DNA of 59,607 nucleotides from Eubacteriales bacterium (GCA_018385275.1 JAHAZM010000034.1:1-59607); one strand, 5' to 3'. Positions 49,088-58,747 are shown, counted from the first letter of the stretch. The notes: generated by a model not told the origin, from the sequence alone. Made by a program: numbers and translations.

Positions 49088-50332
49088 TCAAAGGATCGTA
49101 TAAGCGCCGTCGGACCGGGTCTCCAGCGCGTGGGAAAGCATCGCTTTCAGGGCGGCGGTCATATACGCGGTATCGCGGGCGCCGGCCGTTTCCAGCGAAG
49201 AATGCATAGCCAGCTGCGCGCAGCCGACGTCGACGGTATTGACCGCGACGTGACCGTTGGCGATATTGCCCAGCGTCGAACCGCCGGCTATATCCGAGCG
49301 ATTGGCGTAAGACTGATGCGGCACGCCGGCCTCGTCGCAAAACAGACGGAACAGGCCGGCCGACACCGCGTCGGAAGAATACTTCTGAGCCGCGTTGAAT
49401 TTCACCACGACGCCGTGATTCATATACACGGCGTTGTTTTTATCCGTCAATTCAGGATGATCCACCGGCACGGCGTGGGCGTTGTCGCACGAGGCCATGA
49501 AACCGGAGACCAGCATTTCTCTCGTCCGCTCGCCGCCGATGCGGTTCAGCGTATCCAGCAGGAAGGTCGAAGCCGCGCCCTGCTTGGTCTGACTCCCGAC
49601 CTCTTCGTTGTCCAACAGGCAGCAGACGGGAACGGCGCGATCGTTTTCCGCCGCCAGAAACGCCTGCAGCGCGGCAAACGCGCATTGCAGATCGTCAAGT
49701 CGCGGCGCCGAGATATACTCGCCCCACTCCGTCCCGGGCGCCGGATTATACAAAAACAGATCGGCGGCCAGTAAATCCGCCGCGTCCGCGCCGAACAACC
49801 CCGCCAAGGTTTTCTCCCGGCAGAGCGGGAGCATGTCCACCGCCGGATTGAGCGCGACGCCGTCGTTGACGGAGCGGTTGAAATGAATCGGCACGTTGGG
49901 GATAATCGCGACGGGCTCGACCGTGTCCACCAGACGGGAAACGATCCCGTTCCCCCGGCGCAGGACCAGCCGGCCGGCGACGGCCAGCGGACGGTCCATC
50001 CAGGTCGAGAGGATCATGCCGCCGTATTTTTCCGTGGAAAGGCGGGGATACGCGCCGTCCGTCAGGAACGCGTGATCCTTCAGGCGGAAACAAGGCGAGT
50101 CCGTGTGCGCGGCGGCGATCATAAAGCCGACGGGTTTCCGGCGCGGCAGCGTAAAAGCGATCAGGGACGAGGCGTTCCGCGTCACGAAATAGCGGCCGCC
50201 GGGAGTCAGAGACGCGCCGTCGTTTTCGGCAAGACGCGTAAAGCCGCTTTTCTCCAGTTCCGCGGAAACGGCCGCGACGGTATGAAAGGCCGTCGGCGAC
50301 GCGGCGATGAACTCAAACAACTGACGATTCAT
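49088..50332 (-). CDS. M18 family (aspartyl) aminopeptidase
   Basis: SPTAFH, AHTDSP, RLDD, DNEEVGS, DNAHA, GGSTLG and AMHS. Confidence 0.95.
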   Translation of the reverse strand: MNRQLFEFIAASPTAFHTVAAVSAELEKSGFTRLAENDGASLTPGGRYFVTRNASSLIAFTLPRRKPVGFMIAAAHTDSPCFRLKDHAFLTDGAYPRLSTEKYGGMILSTWMDRPLAVAGRLVLRRGNGIVSRLVDTVEPVAIIPNVPIHFNRSVNDGVALNPAVDMLPLCREKTLAGLFGADAADLLAADLFLYNPAPGTEWGEYISAPRLDDLQCAFAALQAFLAAENDRAVPVCCLLDNEEVGSQTKQGAASTFLLDTLNRIGGERTREMLVSGFMASCDNAHAVPVDHPELTDKNNAVYMNHGVVVKFNAAQKYSSDAVSAGLFRLFCDEAGVPHQSYANRSDIAGGSTLGNIANGHVAVNTVDVGCAQLAMHSSLETAGARDTAYMTAALKAMLSHALETRSDGAYTIL

Positions 50333-50378
50333 AACGGATCATATCCTTTCCGCTTCATCATATCACAGCCGAAGCAAA

Positions 50379-50407
50379 TTGACAAACTGCATTTCTTACA
50401 GTAGAAT
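50379..50407 (+). promoter_or_regulatory. SigA-like promoter, overlapping a divergent promoter for the M18 gene
   Basis: + strand TTGACA-N17-TAGAAT; - strand TTGTCA-N17-TATGAT shares the -35 region. Confidence 0.6.
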
Positions 50408-50414
50408 AGTTCCT

Positions 50415-50873
50415 ATGAAAATTCTCTTTGTTTGCCACGGCAACATCTGCCGCTCCCCGATGGCGGAATTCATATTCAAGGAACTCGTACGGCGGCACGG
50501 CGGAGACTTTACCGTCGCTTCCGCGGCGACCAGCAGCGAAGAACTGGGGAACCCGATCTATCCGCCGGCACGCGCGGAGATGCGCGCGCACGGCATCCCG
50601 TTCGGGCCGCGCGAAGCGGTGCAGCTGAGGCGGGCCGATTACGGGAAATGGGATCTCCTGATCGGGATGGACGAGGCCAACGTCCGGAACATGAAACGGC
50701 TTTTCGGCGGCGATCCAGAGGGAAAGATCCGCAAACTGCTCAGCTTTGCGGACAGTACGGCCGACGTCGCGGATCCGTGGTACAGCGGAAGTTTCGACGT
50801 CGCTTACCGGGATATTGTCCGCGGCTGCGAAGCGCTGTATGAGTCTTTGACCGGAAAACCGGCGCGTCTCTGA
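50415..50873 (+). CDS. Low-molecular-weight protein tyrosine phosphatase
   Basis: VCHGNICRSPMAE P-loop and DPWY motif. Confidence 0.95.
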   Translation: MKILFVCHGNICRSPMAEFIFKELVRRHGGDFTVASAATSSEELGNPIYPPARAEMRAHGIPFGPREAVQLRRADYGKWDLLIGMDEANVRNMKRLFGGDPEGKIRKLLSFADSTADVADPWYSGSFDVAYRDIVRGCEALYESLTGKPARL

Positions 50874-50900
50874 CGCGAACGTCGGCCAAAAACCGAATAT

Positions 50901-50975
50901 CCGGGTGTTGCCCAGGGGTAGGGCGCTTGCCTTGGGAGCAAGAGGCCGCGCGTTCGAATCGCGCCACTCGGACCA
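50901..50975 (+). tRNA. tRNA-Pro (anticodon TGG)
   Basis: Acceptor stem CCGGGTG/CACTCGG + A73 + CCA; D stem GCCC/GGGC; anticodon arm CTTGC-CTTGGGA-GCAAG; T arm GCGCG-TTCGAAT-CGCGC. Confidence 0.95.
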
Positions 50976-50980
50976 TATCG

Positions 50981-51017
50981 AAGGGAGAGGTCCAAGCGGT
51001 CTCTCCCTTGTTTTTTT
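50981..51017 (+). terminator. Intrinsic terminator after the tRNA
   Basis: AAGGGAGAG/CTCTCCCTT followed by G and a T tract. Confidence 0.85.
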
Positions 51018-51276
51018 GCCTTCTTAAGCGAGAAACAACCGATTTTCGGCTGTTTCGTTGTTTTTCCCCTTGGCCCTGTAACGGAGTTTTTCTCAGCGCG
51101 CCCGGCAGGGGGCGAATCGCGTGAAAACCGGACCGTATCCGAACGATCCGGACGCCGCGGTTCATTTCGGAAGCGTTTTTCTTGATTTTATTCAGAAAAC
51201 ACGCAAAAAACCATTGATTTATATTTCGTTTTATGGTAATATACAATTAGCTTTTTTAATAAAGGAGCAAAGTATT

Positions 51277-51666
51277 ATGGCAGATGTAAATGAAAAAATC
51301 AATGAGTTGACCAACATGCAGGACAACACCGCGGAATTCGAGCAGGAAGACATCCAGAAAAACAAAGTCATGGGCATCTTCGCTTATCTCTCCTGGCTGG
51401 TCCTGATCCCGCTGTTTGCGGCAAAGGATTCCAAATTCGCGCGCTTCCACTGCAATCAGGGCCTCGTGCTCGCCATCGTCGAGATCGTCACGTGGGTGGT
51501 CTTCGGCATCCTGTCCAACATTCCGTACGTCGGTTGGCTCTTCGCCGTCCTGAACAGTCTGATCAGCATCGTTTGCGTGGTCTTTGCGGTTCTCGGCATC
51601 GTCAGCGCGGCCCGCGGTCAGGCCAAGCAGCTTCCGATCATCGGCAAGATCAAGATCCTGAAATAA
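51277..51666 (+). CDS. Small membrane protein (DUF4870-like)
   Basis: DIQKNKVMGIFAY, SKFARFHCNQGL and LPIIGKI pattern; AAGGAG RBS; 3 TMs. Confidence 0.75.
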   Translation: MADVNEKINELTNMQDNTAEFEQEDIQKNKVMGIFAYLSWLVLIPLFAAKDSKFARFHCNQGLVLAIVEIVTWVVFGILSNIPYVGWLFAVLNSLISIVCVVFAVLGIVSAARGQAKQLPIIGKIKILK

Positions 51667-51700
51667 GCGTATCGAAGGAACCGAACGATTCCAAGCGTAC

Positions 51701-51733
51701 AAAGGCGAGGGAAGATCCCCCTCGCCTTTTTTT
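51701..51733 (+). terminator. Intrinsic terminator
   Basis: AAAGGCGAGGG/CCCTCGCCTTT followed by a T tract. Confidence 0.85.
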
Positions 51734-51835
51734 GTCCCCGTCGGCGAGGAAAGGCAAGTCGACGCGCAAGTCTGCCGTACGCTTATAAAAGAACGGCCAT
51801 CCCAAAAGACGGACGGCCGTTTCGTTATGTTTTCT

Positions 51836-52549
51836 TCAACGGATCTCTTCGATATGGTGCACGTATTCAAGCGTATCGAGCGCCTCAATGATCTCTCCGT
51901 GCGTTTTATACTTCCGAAGTTCCTGCGAACTGACGGAGATCGCGATGGAATAAACGCTCAACCCGGAACCGGCGTAAGCGGGATTGATCTCGATATCGTC
52001 GATCCGCATGCCGAGCTGACGGAGAGTGGCGGCAAAGCTCTGCAGACGCTGCGGGCTGTCCAGCTCTACGTGAAACTCGAAATGATTGGAGCGATCTTTG
52101 AGATACGTTTCGATTTTCGGGAAAAGGGAGAGACTGAAAAACAGCGCGAAGTAAGCGATCACCGCGACCGTGTAAGCGCCCGCGCCGATGCAGAGTCCGA
52201 GAACGCCGCAGGTCCATAAACCGACCGACGTCGTCAATCCTTTGATCTGACTCTTGGAGCTGAAGAGAACGGAGTTGACCGAAAGGATCGCGATCCCGAC
52301 AATCGCCGCCGCGGAGAGAAAATACATCCCTCCGGAAAGCGACATGTCAAGCGTCATCGCTATCGTAGACGCGAAAGACACCAGAATAAACGTACGCAGG
52401 CCGGCGGCATGCCGTTTGCTGGCACGCTCGCAGCCGATCATAGCTGAAAGCAGAACGGAAAGCACGATCCGCAGCAGCACGCTCGGTACGTTCAACTGGG
52501 ACGACCACGGGCCAAGCAGCCACGCGATCGGATCAAAATAAACACTCAT
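51836..52549 (-). CDS. MgtC/SapB family membrane protein with C-terminal ACT-like domain
   Basis: IGCER..AAGLRTF and IKGLTT..LW motifs. Confidence 0.88.
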   Translation of the reverse strand: MSVYFDPIAWLLGPWSSQLNVPSVLLRIVLSVLLSAMIGCERASKRHAAGLRTFILVSFASTIAMTLDMSLSGGMYFLSAAAIVGIAILSVNSVLFSSKSQIKGLTTSVGLWTCGVLGLCIGAGAYTVAVIAYFALFFSLSLFPKIETYLKDRSNHFEFHVELDSPQRLQSFAATLRQLGMRIDDIEINPAYAGSGLSVYSIAISVSSQELRKYKTHGEIIEALDTLEYVHHIEEIR

Positions 52550-53988
52550 CAGAAAAAGCGCCTCCTTCGCATATTGGGATTCCGATAATTGCGCAGCGCC
52601 TGCTGCTGTTCTTCCGCCGCATCCAGGAACGCCTGCTCGTTTTCTTCGTCATAAGACTTCGGCGGAGGGATCTCCTCCTGGATCTTCCGGATCCGTTCAA
52701 TCAAAAGCTGTACCGCGGTTTTGGTCTCGCCGGTTTCCGCGACTTCCTCCACAGGCGCGACATCCTCGAGCGTGGCGTAGGATTTCGACAGATACAACGA
52801 CAGTTTCGCACAGCCGGGGCCGATCAGCTCGTACAGGACGCTGGAGAGAAGGATGATCGTATACAGGGCGTTTCCCATTTCTCCGCCGAGCGTCCGCGCT
52901 CCAAGCGCGGCAAGACCGATAGCGACGCCGGCCTGCGGAATAAGCGCAAGGCCGAGATAATTACGTACGGGCTTCGGTTTTTTTACGATCGCGCAGCCGG
53001 CAAACGCTCCCGTGTATTTCCCGAGAATACGGATAACGAAGTAAATCACACCGATCAAAAGCAGCGACACGCCGCCCAAGGTCCCGGCAGGACCGAACAA
53101 AAGATCTATCCGGAAAGAGAGTCCCGACCGGACGAAGAACATCAGCAGGATCGGCGGGGAGAAATAATTGAGCTGCTTGAAGAGTTTTTCGTCGCCCGTG
53201 AGATTGATGTAGATCATGCTCATGGACATACAGCCGAGCAGCGGAGAAATCCCCAGCAGCGCGCACACGCCGCAGAAGGCAAAGAGCAGTGCCACCGCGA
53301 TGATGAGACGATTATCCGTGGAGCGTTTGGAGAGCAGCCATTTCATCACGAGTCCGAACACGCCGCCGAGCAGCAGCACGCCGATATTGACGCCGATCGG
53401 CTGCAGAATGCTTACAATATTGACAGCACTGCCGTCCCGCACCGCGAGCGCGACCGAAACAGCGATGGAATACGCCACGAGCCCGACGATGTCGTCGAGC
53501 GCGACGACCTGCAAAAGCGTATCGACGAACTCTCCTCTCGCGCCCGTCTGTCGAATGGTCATCATCGTGGAAGCGGGCGCGGTCGCCGCGGCCAGCGCGG
53601 CCAGGACGACAGAAAACGGCAGGCTCAATCCGAGCAGAAAGAAAGTCACAACAAAAACGAAAACCGAGGCGGCGCAGGCTTCCAAAATCGTAATGACAAC
53701 GACCTTGGCGCCGTTTTTCTTTAATGCGGAGAACCGAAAAAACTCACCCGTTGAAAAAGCAATGAACGACAGCGCGACGTCCGGGAGAAAATCCATGCCG
53801 CCGATGATCTCCTGCGGGACGAGATTGAGGCAACAGGGACCGATCAGGATACCGGCCAGGATATAAGCCGTGACATTCGGCAGTTTTACCAGCTTTGTCA
53901 GCCGCGTCATGGCAAACCCGAGAAAAAGCATCAGCGCGATCGAAATAACAACGGCGGCCGGCGACGACGTCGGAATCGGATTTCCCAT
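52549..53988 (-). CDS. Cation:proton antiporter (CPA2/Kef type)
   Basis: About 12 TMs; LPNVTAYILAGILIGP, ATAPA, VVALDD and PQAGVAIGL; ATG 53988 after AGGAGG; promoter TTGACT-N17-TATATT at 54059-54031. Confidence 0.9.
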   Translation of the reverse strand: MGNPIPTSSPAAVVISIALMLFLGFAMTRLTKLVKLPNVTAYILAGILIGPCCLNLVPQEIIGGMDFLPDVALSFIAFSTGEFFRFSALKKNGAKVVVITILEACAASVFVFVVTFFLLGLSLPFSVVLAALAAATAPASTMMTIRQTGARGEFVDTLLQVVALDDIVGLVAYSIAVSVALAVRDGSAVNIVSILQPIGVNIGVLLLGGVFGLVMKWLLSKRSTDNRLIIAVALLFAFCGVCALLGISPLLGCMSMSMIYINLTGDEKLFKQLNYFSPPILLMFFVRSGLSFRIDLLFGPAGTLGGVSLLLIGVIYFVIRILGKYTGAFAGCAIVKKPKPVRNYLGLALIPQAGVAIGLAALGARTLGGEMGNALYTIILLSSVLYELIGPGCAKLSLYLSKSYATLEDVAPVEEVAETGETKTAVQLLIERIRKIQEEIPPPKSYDEENEQAFLDAAEEQQQALRNYRNPNMRRRRFF

Positions 53989-54088
53989 ATGAAACCTCCT
54001 CTCATAAAAGCATCCGTAGATTATTCGCATAATATAACACATTTGCCGGGTCGAGTCAATATCAAATAACAGACTTTCTGAAAAATTC

Positions 54089-54132
54089 AAAAAAACAAGC
54101 CCTCATGCCGATCAGATCGATCGGCACGAGGG
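54089..54132 (-). terminator. Intrinsic terminator of the oxidoreductase/URO-D operon
   Basis: CCCTCGTGCCGATC/GATCGGCATGAGGG followed by CTTG and T7 on the minus strand. Confidence 0.75.
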
Positions 54133-54230
54133 TCGTAACGCGGGGCAGGCCCGTTTCTTTCGGTTTTTCTCTTCCGCCGGGACCGAAAAAGCGCGGCGTC
54201 GGCGCGACGTTTTCCCGGAAGATCAAACGA

Positions 54231-55412
54231 TCACTTCCTGTGCGTCTGATAATATTTCAGTCCGGCCAGCAGCGCGTCGACGTTTTCCGAAGACACGCCG
54301 GGCGCCATACTCGACGAGCAGCCGAGGACCAGCGCCGTGTCGCCGTGGACGTCCACGAGCCAGTCCAGCTCCGCGCGGACGTCGGCGGGCGTTTTGAACG
54401 GCAGCGTCCGTGTAACCGAAGCGCCGGCCAGCATAAACAGCGGTCTGCCGTCGTTTCCGCGAAGTTTGCACATTCCGGCGAAATCGACTCCGTCCTCATA
54501 TTGAAAGCCCTGGAATCCCCGGATCCCGACGTCGATCAGGCCCGGCACCATGGAGCTGATCGCGCCGTCGCAGTGCCAGATCAGGCGGACGTCACATCCG
54601 TTCAGTACCGGCTGCAGGCAGTAATCGAGCTGAGGATACCAGATCCGGTTCAGGCTCCTGATATTGACCAGCGTCGAACGGGAATCGGTCATATCGAAAT
54701 CCAGCCGGCACAGGAGCGGCAGGGAATAGCGGTTATAAGCTTCCGCGGCGGCCTCGTTGTTTTTTCTGCACAGTTCCGCCTGAAGCTTGAAATGCCGCTC
54801 CATGACGTCCTCGTACAGCGCGTAGGCGCAGAGGTAATTCACGTACCCGTAAGTATAATAGCCGAGGATCGGAAAACGGACGATGTCGTAGCCCGTTTTC
54901 AGGATGTCCAGGCCCATTTCATGCTGCAGACGGTATTCGGTGAGGCCGATCTCGCGTACCCGCTTCTCCTTATCAAAGTCGGCAAGCTGCTTTTCCAGCC
55001 GCGGGAACTCGACGGTTTCGAGATGAGCGACCACATCCTCCGGTTCTCGGATCGTCATACCGTCGACGACGATGGTTTCGATACCGGTCGTGGCGGTGCG
55101 CGTCTCGCCGGTCAATCCGTGCTCGCTCATGGTCAAAGGATTGTCCGGTATCCACTGATCCAGCATATCCGCGCCGATCTCATGCTGGACTCTGGTATAA
55201 ACGGCGATCGGATCACGGACGTAATCGGGATCCTTCATCCCGTTTCTCGCCGCGAGACGATTCAGCTGCGCGTGATCCATGATATTGATGCCCGCGATCG
55301 GATAACCGCGGAGGTTTTCGCCCGCGATCGCGGCGGTCATCTCGGTATGCCGGGCGTTCTGACTCTCGAACAGCTCCCGTATTTCCCGATCGGAGGGCTC
55401 TCTGTTGTTCAT
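54231..55412 (-). CDS. Uroporphyrinogen decarboxylase-like (URO-D/MtaA superfamily) TIM-barrel protein
   Basis: WHCDG, G..G.Q, TPADVRAE and LVLGCSSS..PGVS.EN C-terminal pattern; ATG 55412 after GAGGGG. Confidence 0.7.
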   Translation of the reverse strand: MNNREPSDREIRELFESQNARHTEMTAAIAGENLRGYPIAGINIMDHAQLNRLAARNGMKDPDYVRDPIAVYTRVQHEIGADMLDQWIPDNPLTMSEHGLTGETRTATTGIETIVVDGMTIREPEDVVAHLETVEFPRLEKQLADFDKEKRVREIGLTEYRLQHEMGLDILKTGYDIVRFPILGYYTYGYVNYLCAYALYEDVMERHFKLQAELCRKNNEAAAEAYNRYSLPLLCRLDFDMTDSRSTLVNIRSLNRIWYPQLDYCLQPVLNGCDVRLIWHCDGAISSMVPGLIDVGIRGFQGFQYEDGVDFAGMCKLRGNDGRPLFMLAGASVTRTLPFKTPADVRAELDWLVDVHGDTALVLGCSSSMAPGVSSENVDALLAGLKYYQTHRK

Positions 55413-55437
55413 GCTCTCCCCTCGCATTCTGTGTTTC

Positions 55438-56721
55438 TTACTTCTTGAGCGAACCCTGTTTCATGACGGCGGTCACATAACTGCCGCCGTTCTTTTCCTT
55501 ATCCCATATCTGACGCTGACGGACGTAGACCTCCTCCGGAATCACAGGTTCTCCCTCCGAGAACGGGGGGATCCACTGGTCGCCCGCGACCTTCCGATCG
55601 GTGCAGGCACGATCGAAGCGATATTTCTCGCGGACCGCCGGATCGCGGAAATCGGGTACCTCGACGGGGACGCCGCCGGCCAGGATCGAGCGGTAACCGA
55701 ACAGACCCGGCAGGAACATATCGAGCGCTTCGTACACGTTGATGATATTGGCGTCGGCTTCGCCGGAAACGGCTTTGACAAACTCATCCATGATGTAGTA
55801 ATCGCTGCCGAAGTGTCCGAAATGCTCGACTACGCCGTTTTTCACGACCGGATCGATCACCTCGCGGTGCTCCTCTTTCGGATACTCACCGGGGTATTCG
55901 TCAGCGTTGACATAGAGTCTTTCCTCGCCTCCGGTCGCCTCGCGAACGGTCTCCATCTCGCCTTTGGAACCGTAAACACTGTACCAGACCGAGTTTTTAT
56001 AAAGTCCGCCGTGGATGCTTTTGAAGATTGCGCCGTTCTCCAGCGACACCATGAGCAGTCCGAAGGCGCCGGATTTGGAGCCGTGTCCGCGGGTGCGGCC
56101 GACCATTTTCCCCTCAAAGCCCGTGACCGATACGGGGCGGAGGCCCGAAACGTGGATCAGCGGACCGAGCGAATGCGTGCAGTAGAAGGTCGCGTACATA
56201 TTATTGCGCCAGTGTTCGGGGTCGCCGTAAGCGATCGAGGGCCAGATGGCGTCGCAGTTGTGAATGTACTCGCCCTCGGCGTACTCGATCTCGCCGATTT
56301 TGCCGGCGCGGTAAAGCTCTCTCATTTTCATGACGGCGGGGATAAAGCAATAGTTTTCTCCGTAGGCGTAGATCTTGCCCGAGCGCTCGACAGCCTCGCA
56401 GAGCTCGACCGCCTCCGCCAGCGTCTGACAGGGCAGAACCTCGCTGTAAACCGAAAGACCGCGGTTCAGACAGCGGATCGCAAAGGGCGCGTGCTCGTTG
56501 GCGAAATTGGCCAGCACCACCGCGTCCATATCGTGCTGAATGAACGCTTCAAAATTGTCGTAGAAAGCGACGTCCACGCCCTCCAGCGCTTTTTTCTGCC
56601 GTTCAATAACCTCCGGGTTGTTGTCGCAGATGGCCACGACTTTGGCGCGATTGCCCGCCGCGACGCAGTAATTGATCATCGATGTGCCGCGGTATCCGCC
56701 GAGAACGCCGATCCTGATCAT
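55438..56721 (-). CDS. Gfo/Idh/MocA family NAD-dependent oxidoreductase
   Basis: IGVLGGYRG Rossmann fold, VAICD, HAP, SEV, ENY, EGEYIH, YCTHSLGP and GHFGSD. Confidence 0.88.
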   Translation of the reverse strand: MIRIGVLGGYRGTSMINYCVAAGNRAKVVAICDNNPEVIERQKKALEGVDVAFYDNFEAFIQHDMDAVVLANFANEHAPFAIRCLNRGLSVYSEVLPCQTLAEAVELCEAVERSGKIYAYGENYCFIPAVMKMRELYRAGKIGEIEYAEGEYIHNCDAIWPSIAYGDPEHWRNNMYATFYCTHSLGPLIHVSGLRPVSVTGFEGKMVGRTRGHGSKSGAFGLLMVSLENGAIFKSIHGGLYKNSVWYSVYGSKGEMETVREATGGEERLYVNADEYPGEYPKEEHREVIDPVVKNGVVEHFGHFGSDYYIMDEFVKAVSGEADANIINVYEALDMFLPGLFGYRSILAGGVPVEVPDFRDPAVREKYRFDRACTDRKVAGDQWIPPFSEGEPVIPEEVYVRQRQIWDKEKNGGSYVTAVMKQGSLKK

Positions 56722-56848
56722 GTTGTATTCCTCCTTTTCGGTGATTCTATGATCCTATTATATCAAAGCCGGTTTCTAAAAAAAAGATAAAAAATCCGCA
56801 AAAAGATAGACAAAACTCATCTTTGCGGGTATTATTGAAAGAAAGGGG

Positions 56849-57706
56849 GTGGCCACGATCGAACTGTCTCACAATATCTGCCGCTTCATCCCGAGCTCAC
56901 ACTCTTCAGACGGAATCAGCGCGGTGGACTTTATCTATGAAAAAAAACCGAAATTCTTTGAAGAATACCGGACCGAGCCGGTTTTCCGCGTCTACGCCGT
57001 GGCGACGGGCACCGTCCGGGTGCGGACGGTCTATCAGGAGGAAACGCTCACGGCGGGGGATCTGTTCTTCGTGCTGCCGGCGCAGAAATATGCTTTCCCC
57101 GACGGCAAAGGACTGACCTATCTGTATATCAGCTATCACGGCGTCGCGGCCGGCCGGATGTGCGAACAAATCGGGGCGACCTTCCGCAACTGTTTTTTCC
57201 GCGGATACGGCGAATGTCTCGACGATCTGCTCCGCGCGATCGCGATCTCGACGGAGTCGAGCGCGGGACTGCTCGCGGAAAGCTGCCTGCTGCGGATATT
57301 CGGAACGATCCTGTCGGGCGCCGACCGGGCGAGCAACAAGCCCGACCCGGCCGACTCGGTCACGCGCGTGCGCAAGTACGTGGAGGATCATTATCAGGAG
57401 CCGGATCTGCGCGTCGCGGGCATCGCCGAAGCGCTCAGCTACAACGGCAACTATCTGTCGTCGCGTTTCCGCCTCGAGACCGGTTTCACCATCGGACAGT
57501 ACATCCAGTCGATCCGGATCCAGAACGCCTGCGCGCTGGCGGCAAGCGGCGTTTCATCGGTGGCCGACATCGCGGGGATGACCGGGTTTTCCGATCCGCA
57601 ATACTTTTCGCGGGTCTTCACCCGTTTTACCAAGCTGTCGCCCAAGCAGTTCATGAAAACGTGCGTCAGGGACGGGTCCAACCCTCCCGCGGCGCCGCGC
57701 GGATGA
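56849..57706 (+). CDS. AraC family transcriptional regulator
   Basis: Cupin-like N-terminus; C-terminal YLSSRF..G..Y..RI and IA..GFSDPQYFSRVF..SP; GTG start. Confidence 0.92.
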   Translation: MATIELSHNICRFIPSSHSSDGISAVDFIYEKKPKFFEEYRTEPVFRVYAVATGTVRVRTVYQEETLTAGDLFFVLPAQKYAFPDGKGLTYLYISYHGVAAGRMCEQIGATFRNCFFRGYGECLDDLLRAIAISTESSAGLLAESCLLRIFGTILSGADRASNKPDPADSVTRVRKYVEDHYQEPDLRVAGIAEALSYNGNYLSSRFRLETGFTIGQYIQSIRIQNACALAASGVSSVADIAGMTGFSDPQYFSRVFTRFTKLSPKQFMKTCVRDGSNPPAAPRG

Positions 57707-57710
57707 CGGC

Positions 57711-58250
57711 TTACCGGAAAAGGTGCGGCGCGCCGTCGGAAAAAAGCAGCGGTTTCAGATCGGCTTTCTCCAGCGTGAGCAAGCCGATTTTTTTATCGAG
57801 TCCGGCGGCGTATCCGATCAGACTGCCGTCGGCGCCGACGACGCGATGGCACGGAACGATAAGCGAAAGCGCGTTATGCGCGACCGCGCCGCCGACGGCG
57901 ATCGGCGCCACGCGAGGAAAGACGCCCTGCTTTTCCAACCGGGCGGCCAGCGCGCCGTAGGTCGTCGTCCGTCCGTACGGCACGGTCAGCAAAAGCTCCC
58001 AGACAGCCCGACGAAACGGCGTGGTCTTCATAACGAGCGGCGGCGTAAAATCCGGCTCGCGGCCGCTGAAATACAGGTCGAGCCAGCGTTCCGTCCGTTC
58101 GAAAACGGGAAGCGCCCTCTCCTCGTGCCGCCCGTCGAGCGTATCGGCAAAATATCTTTGTCCGTCGAACCACAGCCCCGTGAGAGCGTTCCCGTCGGAA
58201 GCCATCGTGAGAGCGCCCAACGGCGAACGATAATGATGAACGTATTCCAC
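57711..58250 (-). CDS. ogt: Methylated-DNA--protein-cysteine methyltransferase
   Basis: SPLG, F..AVW..L..VPYG.T.TYG, AVGGA and VPCHRV active site. Confidence 0.95.
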   Translation of the reverse strand: MEYVHHYRSPLGALTMASDGNALTGLWFDGQRYFADTLDGRHEERALPVFERTERWLDLYFSGREPDFTPPLVMKTTPFRRAVWELLLTVPYGRTTTYGALAARLEKQGVFPRVAPIAVGGAVAHNALSLIVPCHRVVGADGSLIGYAAGLDKKIGLLTLEKADLKPLLFSDGAPHLFR

Positions 58251-58344
58251 GGCGAACCCTCCTTATGAGAGGATTATATCACGCGCGCACGATTATTTCA
58301 CCATAAAAATGCGGTTTTCAAACCGGAAAAGACGGCTTTCGTGC

Positions 58345-58373
58345 TTGACAAACACCCCCCTGGGGTATAAGAT
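58345..58373 (+). promoter_or_regulatory. csoR-copA promoter with CsoR-type operator
   Basis: TTGACA-N17-TAAGAT; the spacer holds a C-tract/G-tract pseudo-palindrome ACCCCCCTGGGGTAT typical of CsoR sites. Confidence 0.75.
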
Positions 58374-58424
58374 AAAGGCAGATTCCACGCCGGCGCCCTG
58401 TGTCGGCAAAAGGGAGAGAGCATC

Positions 58425-58733
58425 ATGGAAACAACCGTATGTCCGCATTGCGGCAAACGAAAAAAGAAAAGAACGCCCGAGGAGCAGAAAGCGCTGCTCA
58501 AACGCCTGCGCATGGCGGAGGGGCAATTGAGAGGAATCCAGGCTATGGTGGAAAACGACGCCTACTGTCCTGATATCCTGATCCAGGTCTCGGCCGTCTC
58601 GGCGGCGCTGAACAGTTTCAACCGTGAACTGCTGGCCTGCCATATCCGGAGCTGCGTCTCCGACGATATCCGGGCGGGGAACGACGAGGCCATCGACGAA
58701 TTCGTCAAAGTCCTGCAGAAGCTGATGAAATAG
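58425..58733 (+). CDS. csoR: Copper-sensing repressor CsoR
   Basis: RL..AEGQLRGI..M, YCPDILIQ and HIRSC (C-H-C ligands). Confidence 0.9.
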   Translation: METTVCPHCGKRKKKRTPEEQKALLKRLRMAEGQLRGIQAMVENDAYCPDILIQVSAVSAALNSFNRELLACHIRSCVSDDIRAGNDEAIDEFVKVLQKLMK

Positions 58734-58747
58734 AAAAGGAGCGCGCT

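Noticed and set aside
51690-51790. AAGCGTAC/GTACGCTT inverted repeat enclosing the intergenic region, as an ncRNA or MITE
   Set aside because: It is only 8 bp, the region is already explained by two convergent terminators, and I saw no second copy
53989-54060. c-di-AMP or metal riboswitch upstream of the antiporter
   Set aside because: The predicted promoter leaves a leader of only about 35 nt, with no recognisable aptamer
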